Below are positions 23,779-32,592 of a stretch of 64,000 nucleotides of DNA, one piece after another. Source of the stretch: Obrimoposthia wandeli (Eukaryota). The position numbers were made by a program, and so were the translations under genes. The stretch covers positions 1 through 64,000 of the forward strand of contig CDROCS010003532.1 of NCBI GenBank assembly GCA_977020255.1, read 5' to 3'. A model generated the notes under the pieces. The model saw nothing but the letters and a program-made list of their open reading frames with translations. It did not search any database and was not told the DNA's origin. How positions within the stretch are numbered: position 1 is the first letter of the stretch; each line of letters begins with the position of its first letter.

Positions 23779-24129
23779 TTAGTTTATTTGTCTGTTTGAT
23801 GTGCTATCCTTCAATCTTGGATCTTGTAAATCAATACTTATCCCTTTAAGTTGTGATAGTACATCCATTCCTAAAATTGTAGGTTCAGGACATTCTTTCA
23901 TGATTCTAACTGGTATAGTGATCGTATTACGTCCAATTATAAATGTACACGGTAATATTCCCGTCACTTTTACAGGGTCTCCATTGACCGATACCAAGAA
24001 TTCATCTGGTTCTGCCATTGTTCGTTTCTGTTCCTCTGTCAGACAATCTTCACTTACTATCGAAGCTACAGCACCTGTATCAATTAAGGCTTCTACTCTT
24101 AAATTATTTACTCTAATGATAGCTGCTGG
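23779..24129 (-). CDS. Second aspartic protease, in frame with but bounded by TGA (24130-24132) and TAA (23779-23781)
   Basis: Translating past the ORF1 TGA gives PAAIIRVNNLRVEALIDTGAVASIVS...ILGMDVL (DTG at 24073-24081). Confidence 0.85.
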   Translation of the reverse strand, partial: PAAIIRVNNLRVEALIDTGAVASIVSEDCLTEEQKRTMAEPDEFLVSVNGDPVKVTGILPCTFIIGRNTITIPVRIMKECPEPTILGMDVLSQLKGISIDLQDPRLKDSTSNRQIN

Positions 24130-27100
24130 TCACTGTGCTCCATTTATATTTCCCATATGGTATATTGTATTTATCGAATTATTACACTCTGTCGGTCCAC
24201 TTCCTTTGTTTGGATAGTGAAATCTAATATTTCTCACTTGTCGATCTATTATTCGTCGACAAATCGGACATGATACCATTTCCTTCGCACATCTCCGACA
24301 TGTTCTTACATGTCCGCATGGTAAAAAGGCAACTTCTATTTTGTTGACCATGCAAACTGCGCATTCCGGATCTTCTAGTACGTATTCTAGTTCATTTATG
24401 TACTCTTTCTCTTTTGTTTCAATTGTACTGTCATCTTTATCTTTCAGTAATTCAAAAATTGATCCGTATCCATTTCGCGTAGTTTTTATTTTTAATTCTA
24501 CCAAATCTCTGATTCTTTCTGCTTCTTTTGGATATAACCTTCTCACGAATGACACTACCGGTGTGTCTTGTTGAGCCAAAATCTCTTTCCGTGTGATTTG
24601 GTATTCGATTATACATTCGGTTTTCTGTTCTTTTTGCTTTATTTTGTTTTTTAACATACAAAACTCGCAAAATTCATGATGTAAAATTTTCTTAGGTAAC
24701 TCAAGAGTATATCTGTCGATAATTCGTTCTTTTTTACACTTGTGGCATTTAATTACGTCTTTACCATCCTTTTTTATAGCAAAAAGTCCCTTTTTTGCCA
24801 ATTTTTTAAGTCTTGGATCTTCGAAAGTTATTTCTCGATATTGTTCGTCACATTCGTTCACTTCTCGCATGACTTCGAATATATCTTCAATTCGGCTATT
24901 TGTTATTACTCTACCTACTATTAGAGCTGATTTTCCTTTTGGAATCTCGTCACTGTTATCGAAATCGGGTGCTTTTCCCATTTGGATTTCTGGTACGTTT
25001 GAAGTTTTCAGTTTCAAAAGAAATGGACAATTTGGTGCATCTCTTTTATGACGTTTCATTGGGTTTTCATTGTTTTCCCACTCTCTAAACTCTACTCTAC
25101 ACCATACGCATCGTACTTCTTCCTCAGAACCATAACTATTTGTCGCGTTTAACATTTGTAAACCTGTTCTTGCCATTTTACGTGCCATTTCTTTTGAATA
25201 GTACAGTTCTAATATATTTCGTCTTTTTTTCTCGAATCTCATGGGATCCTTTTCTGACAGATTCACATATGTTATTTTCCTCCTCGTCATCTCTTGTGGT
25301 CCGAGGTTTACGTTTTTGTAGTGAAGTATCGACTTTACTAGCGCTTCCTGTTTTTTGTCTTGGTACGAATTTCCCATACGGAACGTAGTGTATTTTTCCT
25401 TTTCGACTATAGGTCCTCTCAACATTTTTATCTCTCTCACTGAACTGTCATTCTTATAACTCTTGTTGTTTGGTAATATAATTATTCCTTCAAACATTCT
25501 TATTACGTCCATCCCAATCATGACTGGACTACCGCAATCTGTTAATATTCTAGCATTTAACTGCAATGCTCTCCCATCGATATTCAACGAACATTTCAGT
25601 GTTCCTTCCGACACTACATCTGTACCATTCACGTTAACAAATGTCTGTTTTCTAGGACATACTTCTCTTAATTCTTTTGATGACAAGATTTCTTTACTCA
25701 GTACTGATACTGCGGATCCAGTATCAACTTCGGCAAGATATTCTCTTCCGTTCAATGTTACTGCTACTTGTGGTGGAGCATTTGGATTCTCATTTGGATT
25801 CTCATTTGATATCCTAGACTTCAGAATTCTTCTGGAATTATCTTTTTTGTCTTTTTCCTCTGCTTGTGGAATCTCACTGTAGCTCACTTTAGGCCATCTT
25901 ATCATTAAGATGCCTCTCTTGAACTTTTCCTTCTCTTCCTTTAGTTCCTTCATTGGATATAGGTTTAACGCCACTTCTTCCTTGTCTGGTAACGGAATCT
26001 TTGGTTTTCCTGGTATCTTTGCATATACTCCTGGGCTATCATTATCGTCGTCGTTGTCGTCTCGATAATTTCTTGGGTCTCGCATCATGGTTCTCGTTTG
26101 ATGTTGTTCCTTCTTGAGGGCTCGCAACTCGTTCTCGTGATGATGGTGCATTAGATATTTTGCTAAAAATGGAAAACATCCAATTATAAGTTGCCAGGTG
26201 ATTCCGGTTATCCTGTATAAACTATACGTAGACAACACCTGGGCTATAATTACCTGCACAAATTTAATTATAACATAAATACCTATGATACCCGAAAATA
26301 GTTGTCCTAAAACAAGGAATTTCCCCCACATCTTTCTAAGTGTCTGATGTGCTGCTTCCTTGAAATGACTTGGCGATAATAACATATCAAAATTCGCATA
26401 TCTAGCTCCTGGCGGTAATGCTCGATGTACCATCTCCGTAAGTACTCTGGCTCTTTTTACTGGAAACATTATTTCGTTCCATGCCGCTTTTAAGTCTTTT
26501 TCATTGTACAATCCTGCGTTCTCCATATTTTCCACCGCTTCGGATTTCATTTTACCTTTGAGATTCGTCATTTTTATCATCGCTGGGGTTTTCGTTGGCT
26601 TTCGATCAGGTAACATTATCCATAGATCATTCGTCATCTGATATTCAGATGCCATTATATTAGAGCAGCTGATTTCTTTAGTTGGAGTGTCTTTTGGAAG
26701 TATTATTCTCGTGATTGGTTCAACAAAGAGTTCTTGTAAATTATACGTTACTGCCAATTCACTCGTACATCGGTCTGTTTTTCTCAACTGTACTTCTACT
26801 TTATTACACTTGTAAGTATACAATACTTCTCCCATGGTTTTAGCAAATACTCCTTCATCCAAGGGTAATAATGGTGCTACCATGTCTGGATTCGTAATAG
26901 CTAATGCTAACTTTGTTCTTACGATCTCTTTGTTTAGCTGGCAATCTCTTTCGATCATCATCCGATATAACTGTTCCATTTGCATCAATCCTTTATGATA
27001 ATAAAAATCAATTTTATTATTAAAATACGTGTGTAGCTGCATATCTCTAGGTTTTAGCTTGGTTTCTGCCAATGCTATTGTTTCTTTGGACAAAACTATT

Positions 27101-30100
27101 CCAGGATAGTTTGTAGTACTAACAGTCATTCCGCATCGCGCTTTGTTTCTCTTTTTAATAAATATCAATCCTTCTTCTATTGATGTTGCCATTAACAGTG
27201 TAGGTGTCTTTGTCATTGGAATTGGTCTTGTTTCATTGAGCAATCCTTTTCCAACTTTATTATACAGGAACCCTTCTCCATCTTTATTATACAGGAATCC
27301 TTTTATTTTATTAAAGCTAATCTCTTTCAAAAATACTAAAGAGCATTGCTTCGGATTCACGTGATACACAATTGTGGATTCACCTGTAAAACAAGATGCA
27401 TCTGTCATTTTACATTCTGGATACTTCATCATTCGTTGTGTCTTTTTATCAAAATTGGCAGTCCATGATTTTAATTCAATTTTGTAAGTTACGTCCATTA
27501 CTAACTCTGTTACTTTGGTTCCACGCACGTTTTTTGTTCCTCCGTCACAAGATCCATCAGCCCATCGTTGTCCAACTCTCGTGACTGTTTCGTATCGTCT
27601 CACTCCAATTTTTACAACAGGTTTGTAATTCTTGTCTATTTCTATTGTTCCTGTACGAAATGCGTCTTCGCAATCTCTCGGAAAAACCTTATGTGCTTTG
27701 TACGGTGTGGTAGGTGTGATTTCCGACATAAAACTTCTATGGCCACAATAGAATTCGTGATAACTTGAATGAACTGAACATTCTTTCACTTCTACTTGTA
27801 CTTTATCAACATCCTGATACACAAAGTAGTTTTCAACACCTTTAACTTCTAATTTTGACTGTTGTGATTCTGGACAGTCTTCGCTGTCAAGCAGTGAATA
27901 CTTTTGTCCCATCTTTGGTATGCTACAGTCGTATGCTATCAATCCTGATGCCTGTTGCATTCCCATGAACATTACTAACATCATCATCATCATTGTTGTG
28001 GACATATTTGGTTGATTGTTTCTTTCTTTTGGACGGTATTGTTTATTTTCTCTTTGACGATTCTCATGACATTGTTCGTCATCGTCTTCGTTCATTTCCA
28101 CAATGGTTTTAGCGTAGTCACTTAATTTTGCCCAACCTCCGTTTTCGTCAATTCGTCTTTGTAACACATTCTCGATCAAATACATCGCTTCATTTATTCC
28201 TTGTTTGACTTCGTGAGGTTGGCTCGTTCGTTCCGTCAATTGGAAACATAGATATGTGATTGCTGTAATTAACTTTTTATTTGTAGTCTGGCTTCCACAT
28301 AATCTCGCTAAAACTTCACCGTCATAAAATCTATCTATCGATGCATGGTATACATGATTCGCGGTCATTCTCTTTACTGCAGACATCTGTGATCTAACTG
28401 CTTTAGTCAAATTGTCTGTTATATCGGTTGTTTCATCTCTGTACATTTTGAACAACTTCGGCTTCACTTGCCTGAGAATTCCCGTAAGTATATCTTTACT
28501 ACTTGGAGCTTCTGAATTCATATCACCTCTGATATCTTCATTCCTCTCTGCACTATACTGCTCTAATGACGCTGCTAACTGTCCAATGCTTAGATGTCTC
28601 TCTTCATCAGTTTGTGGTGCAGTTAGAACATTTCGTAATATACTTCCGTCTTTTCTAGGTCTTCCAGGTCCTCTTCGAAAATACTGATACTCAGTTTGAT
28701 TCTCTCCTGGATCATACGGTTCACCATTATACTGTATCTCTTGACTTGGTCCTTCTTCATGGCCAATCTCTTCATTTTGTCGCATCATCTGCTCTGCTTG
28801 TCTATCTTTGTATGCAGCATGCCAAATTGGTGAATCTAAATCTACAATTTCGGAGATTTCGTCTTCTCCTACTAGTTGGGTTACGTTTTCGTTTTGTCTC
28901 ACTTGGTTAGCTGTATTCGCGACTTCATCTTGTCTGATTTGAATTATATCTGGTTCTGGTGGTACCTCGACCACTGGAGTTGTCAACTCATTTTCTAAAT
29001 TCATGTCTTGTAATTCTGCTACGTACGGTTCTGGTGTGGATGTCTTGTTCCAAGCTTCAGCTACATCGTTATCTCCGCTTTCGCTTGAACTGTCTAAAAT
29101 TTCTATAGGCGATTTTATCATTTCTAATGCAGTGTTTAATATCTCCGTTAATCCTTCATTATCTACTAACTCTTGACGTCCTACAGTGATGATATCAATT
29201 TTTTCTTCTAATTCGTTTCCTATCGGATATCCACACTCGACTGGTACGTCCTCATCATCTAGTGATCTCCCTTTATAATGGAACAACATATTCATTCCAT
29301 AAATTTCAAGTTTCTCGGCCAACTTTTTTCGAATAGTTTTCATTGTCTGATACACGTTAAGTTTTTCATGTATTATCTGTCCGGAAATTAATCGAAGCGA
29401 AATTTTCATCGTTCCCTTTTGGTTTGATCTCTGTACGTAACGACCATATCCTTTCAATAATCCTCGTGGTATTTCTTTGTAACCCAAGTTATCATGACTA
29501 AGTTTAACCAATTCTGCTCGCACTTCTTCCAATCTGTGCACTTTAATTGTTTGCAATTTGGCCAAAACTTCTGGAGCTTCACTCGTTTCATCTAACGGTT
29601 GATTCAACGTCTCCTTAGCTTCACTAATTATCTTTTTTACATTTTCCATACTCGTAGCATTTCTTGCTGCTTCTACATGATCAGTCATAGGTTGTGCGTT
29701 ACACGTTTTCTCTATTGGTGTCTCATACGCTTCTAGTATTTGATTCATTAAATCATTCATCTCTTCTCTCGAGTGTAGACTTTTTTCTTGTTTCGACAAC
29801 GTAGATGAATTCGCCATCTTTGTATGTGGTGAATCTTTAATTATTCCCAACATTCGTTCAAATTTACTATCACTATCTTCAAAATCTATTTCGCGTCGAA
29901 GTTCGGTCTCGCGATTCCTATCGCTGTCATCGTTTACATAACTAAAATTTCCTTTCGGTTTCGGCGAACTCTCACGACTATTCGTCTTGTCAACATTATT
30001 ATTATTATATCTACCGGAATTATTATATCTCTCAGCTCCTTGCTGTCCTACGTAATTATTGTATCTCTCAGCTCCTTGCTGTCTGTCTGCATAATTATTG

Positions 30101-31662
30101 TATCTACCTGGTGACTGTTGTCTATCTGTATACTGATTATTCGGTCTCCATGGCTGTGGAGTATATCCACCACCTCTATTCCATGGCGGAGGTGAATTAT
30201 ATCCTCTATAATTATTTCCAAAATTATTATTACCGAAATTATTATTTCCAAATCTGTTAGTTCCGAACTCCTTACTTCTCGTACAATCTCTCGAATAGTG
30301 ACCCATTTGTTTACACGTGTAACACATTATTCTCCCTCGAATATCTATCTTATTTTGTTCATCTTCGAACTGCACTCGACGACTATTCTGTCTATTATCA
30401 TAGCGTCCTCTAAAATCATTTCTTCGGAAATTCGATTCAAAACCGCTTCCTCGATTATTGAATCTTCCGTCACTACTTCCTGTATTATTCCCAAATCGAG
30501 AGTCACTTCGCTCTCCTCTGTTTGCGCTATAATTCCTATCGTCTCCTCTCCAAGGTTGGCGATTTCCTGAATTATCTCTATTAAATCTATTCCTGGAATC
30601 ATCTCTATTTCTATTCCACGAATCATTACTATTTCTACCTCTTGAATCATCTCGATTCCTGTTCCAAGACTCACTATTATTTCTACCTCTCGAATCATCT
30701 CGATTCCTACTTCGGAAATTATCTCTGTTTCCGTTACTGGATTCATCTACTTTTTCAAACTTATTTTGTCCGTAATTTCGATTCTGAAAATTACTCGGTT
30801 CTGTTTTATTCACAAATACCTTTGTCTTATCGTCGTCACCTGCAGTCATTGCGTAAATTGCCAATGCTGCGTTATTTTTTATATTTTTCTCAATCTCTCT
30901 CGCCTTTCGCAAGGCGTTATCAAAATCATTTGTATCCGATACTGCTAATAACACTTTAATATCCTTTTTCAATCCTCCTCTAAATATATCTAACAAAACT
31001 TCTGCCATTTCATTTTGGTTCCACTCATTTTCCGCTACTTGTGCTTCTTGAGCCACAAGACTACCGTCCTGATTTCTCATTATTCTTCTTGGGTACGCTC
31101 TTGCGGCCAAGGTTCTCAACACATACGCGTATTCATTCACGCCTTCGTCATGTTTCTGTTTCCGTTCTCTCATGATTCGCTTATTTACTTTTGCTAAGTC
31201 TCCCAATACTAATTTTCCAATAAAAGCATTTTCCAACGTTGGCCAGTCTAAACGTTCTGCTTCTGTCAAGTGTTTATACACTTCAAGTGCTAATCCGGTT
31301 AAGTGTGCCTGCACTCGGACACATTTTTCTTTATCGTTCCATCCTTGAACATCTGCACAACTTGAATATTCTGCGAGGAAGTCACAAATACTTTCCTCAT
31401 CTCCTTTAAACTTTGTAATCTGCAATGATCCTGAAAAGTTGGGTCTCAACGTCGCATTTAAGGCTTGTTCCAACTGTTCGGCATTCATGTCACCTACATT
31501 ATTTCCTGCATTATTATCTACTTGAGCTCCTGGGTGAGCCATATTTTCAGCTATATCCTCTTCAACTATTTCTTCAATATTATTCAATTGAAAGTCCTCA
31601 ATCACTACTGGATTGGCAATTTCAAATTCTTCTGGGTTTATGTCACCAAATAATTCAGTCAA
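24130..31662 (-). CDS. gag: 2510-aa polyprotein: Gag-CCHC, ubiquitin-like domain, AT-hook, Bcl-2-like domain, chuvirus/gB-type glycoprotein, protease 1, BIR, degenerate BIR, RING
   Basis: CYTCKQMGHYSRDC (30283-30324); Ubl-like 29175-29409; RRGPGRPRK 28651-28677; IDENGGW ~28122-28150; signal + LIAYDC 27925-28005; TM ~26230-26325; DTG 25717-25725; BIR 25015-25240; C3HC4 RING 24255-24363. The listed start is TTG; the first ATG is at 31542. Confidence 0.92.
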   Translation of the reverse strand: MTELFGDINPEEFEIANPVVIEDFQLNNIEEIVEEDIAENMAHPGAQVDNNAGNNVGDMNAEQLEQALNATLRPNFSGSLQITKFKGDEESICDFLAEYSSCADVQGWNDKEKCVRVQAHLTGLALEVYKHLTEAERLDWPTLENAFIGKLVLGDLAKVNKRIMRERKQKHDEGVNEYAYVLRTLAARAYPRRIMRNQDGSLVAQEAQVAENEWNQNEMAEVLLDIFRGGLKKDIKVLLAVSDTNDFDNALRKAREIEKNIKNNAALAIYAMTAGDDDKTKVFVNKTEPSNFQNRNYGQNKFEKVDESSNGNRDNFRSRNRDDSRGRNNSESWNRNRDDSRGRNSNDSWNRNRDDSRNRFNRDNSGNRQPWRGDDRNYSANRGERSDSRFGNNTGSSDGRFNNRGSGFESNFRRNDFRGRYDNRQNSRRVQFEDEQNKIDIRGRIMCYTCKQMGHYSRDCTRSKEFGTNRFGNNNFGNNNFGNNYRGYNSPPPWNRGGGYTPQPWRPNNQYTDRQQSPGRYNNYADRQQGAERYNNYVGQQGAERYNNSGRYNNNNVDKTNSRESSPKPKGNFSYVNDDSDRNRETELRREIDFEDSDSKFERMLGIIKDSPHTKMANSSTLSKQEKSLHSREEMNDLMNQILEAYETPIEKTCNAQPMTDHVEAARNATSMENVKKIISEAKETLNQPLDETSEAPEVLAKLQTIKVHRLEEVRAELVKLSHDNLGYKEIPRGLLKGYGRYVQRSNQKGTMKISLRLISGQIIHEKLNVYQTMKTIRKKLAEKLEIYGMNMLFHYKGRSLDDEDVPVECGYPIGNELEEKIDIITVGRQELVDNEGLTEILNTALEMIKSPIEILDSSSESGDNDVAEAWNKTSTPEPYVAELQDMNLENELTTPVVEVPPEPDIIQIRQDEVANTANQVRQNENVTQLVGEDEISEIVDLDSPIWHAAYKDRQAEQMMRQNEEIGHEEGPSQEIQYNGEPYDPGENQTEYQYFRRGPGRPRKDGSILRNVLTAPQTDEERHLSIGQLAASLEQYSAERNEDIRGDMNSEAPSSKDILTGILRQVKPKLFKMYRDETTDITDNLTKAVRSQMSAVKRMTANHVYHASIDRFYDGEVLARLCGSQTTNKKLITAITYLCFQLTERTSQPHEVKQGINEAMYLIENVLQRRIDENGGWAKLSDYAKTIVEMNEDDDEQCHENRQRENKQYRPKERNNQPNMSTTMMMMMLVMFMGMQQASGLIAYDCSIPKMGQKYSLLDSEDCPESQQSKLEVKGVENYFVYQDVDKVQVEVKECSVHSSYHEFYCGHRSFMSEITPTTPYKAHKVFPRDCEDAFRTGTIEIDKNYKPVVKIGVRRYETVTRVGQRWADGSCDGGTKNVRGTKVTELVMDVTYKIELKSWTANFDKKTQRMMKYPECKMTDASCFTGESTIVYHVNPKQCSLVFLKEISFNKIKGFLYNKDGEGFLYNKVGKGLLNETRPIPMTKTPTLLMATSIEEGLIFIKKRNKARCGMTVSTTNYPGIVLSKETIALAETKLKPRDMQLHTYFNNKIDFYYHKGLMQMEQLYRMMIERDCQLNKEIVRTKLALAITNPDMVAPLLPLDEGVFAKTMGEVLYTYKCNKVEVQLRKTDRCTSELAVTYNLQELFVEPITRIILPKDTPTKEISCSNIMASEYQMTNDLWIMLPDRKPTKTPAMIKMTNLKGKMKSEAVENMENAGLYNEKDLKAAWNEIMFPVKRARVLTEMVHRALPPGARYANFDMLLSPSHFKEAAHQTLRKMWGKFLVLGQLFSGIIGIYVIIKFVQVIIAQVLSTYSLYRITGITWQLIIGCFPFLAKYLMHHHHENELRALKKEQHQTRTMMRDPRNYRDDNDDDNDSPGVYAKIPGKPKIPLPDKEEVALNLYPMKELKEEKEKFKRGILMIRWPKVSYSEIPQAEEKDKKDNSRRILKSRISNENPNENPNAPPQVAVTLNGREYLAEVDTGSAVSVLSKEILSSKELREVCPRKQTFVNVNGTDVVSEGTLKCSLNIDGRALQLNARILTDCGSPVMIGMDVIRMFEGIIILPNNKSYKNDSSVREIKMLRGPIVEKEKYTTFRMGNSYQDKKQEALVKSILHYKNVNLGPQEMTRRKITYVNLSEKDPMRFEKKRRNILELYYSKEMARKMARTGLQMLNATNSYGSEEEVRCVWCRVEFREWENNENPMKRHKRDAPNCPFLLKLKTSNVPEIQMGKAPDFDNSDEIPKGKSALIVGRVITNSRIEDIFEVMREVNECDEQYREITFEDPRLKKLAKKGLFAIKKDGKDVIKCHKCKKERIIDRYTLELPKKILHHEFCEFCMLKNKIKQKEQKTECIIEYQITRKEILAQQDTPVVSFVRRLYPKEAERIRDLVELKIKTTRNGYGSIFELLKDKDDSTIETKEKEYINELEYVLEDPECAVCMVNKIEVAFLPCGHVRTCRRCAKEMVSCPICRRIIDRQVRNIRFHYPNKGSGPTECNNSINTIYHMGNINGAQ

Positions 31663-32026
31663 ATAAAAGCTGTCGGTTGAAACCGCTGATTGATTAACGT
31701 CTCTTTCTGATACGTTTTCTTCGACTCTAGTCTTTTCTGTTACTTTGTTATCTGTTTGGGAACCTGTTCAATTCGGTTAACTTTATTATTATTTATCTCT
31801 TCCTGGGGAATCTGACTTTGTCTTCTAGTATTATACGCGGGTCCTTTTCTATTATCCGTCGTCTTATCAATTATGTATTCGTTTACGATATCAATTTACT
31901 TATTATTTTATCTTATTTCACAATTCTTATTTTACGATTTCTTATCTCTTTAATTAGTTCGAGGACACGTCTCCCGACTTAACCTATTCAATTAATTACT
32001 TCGAGTATCAATCCACTCGATTCTCA

Positions 32027-32545
32027 ACTTTATCAAATTCTTAACTTCGAGGAACAAATCTACCCGATTTCTCAAAACTTATCAAATTCTTAACTTCGAG
32101 GAACAAATCTACCCGATTTCTCAAAACTTATCAAATTCTTAACTTCGAGGAACAAATCTACTCGATTTCTCAAAACTTATCAAATTCTCAACTTCGAGGA
32201 ACAAATCTACTCGATTTCTCAAAACTTATCTCAATTTACTTATATCTTCTTCTGAAACTTATTCTAAATTTGCTTATATCTTCTTCTGAAACTTATTCTC
32301 AATTGTCTATATTCTTCTGCTGAAACTTATTCTCAATTTGTCTGAAACTTATTCTCAATTTACTTATATTCTTCTGCTGAAACTTATTCTCAATTTATCT
32401 GAAACTTATTCTCAATTTATCTGAAACTTATTCTCAATTTATCTGAACTTATTCTATTTATCTGAAACTTATTCTCAATTTATCTGAAACTTATTCTATT
32501 TATCTGAAACTTATTCTCAATTTATCTGCAACTTATTCTATGTGA
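32027..32545. repeat. Tandem arrays in the element's 5' leader: 49-bp x4, then ~20-22-bp CTGAAACTTATTCTCAATTTAT x~12
   Basis: Directly visible repeats between the PBS and gag. Confidence 0.85.
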
Positions 32546-32566
32546 ATTCGCTGTGTCCGACGAGCT

Positions 32567-32584
32567 ATCCTCACTCGGGCACCA
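32567..32584 (-). promoter_or_regulatory. Primer-binding site TGGTGCCCGAGTGAGGAT
   Basis: An 18-nt sequence complementary to a canonical tRNA 3' end (...CCTCA CTCGGGC A CCA), 8 nt inside the LTR. It resembles elongator tRNA-Met; identity unconfirmed. Confidence 0.75.
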
Positions 32585-32592
32585 CTTTAATA

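Noticed and set aside
17034-31697. Many plus-strand ORFs of 60-150 aa within the giant element
   Set aside because: Antisense shadows of the long minus-strand frame; hydrophobic or low-complexity with no motifs.
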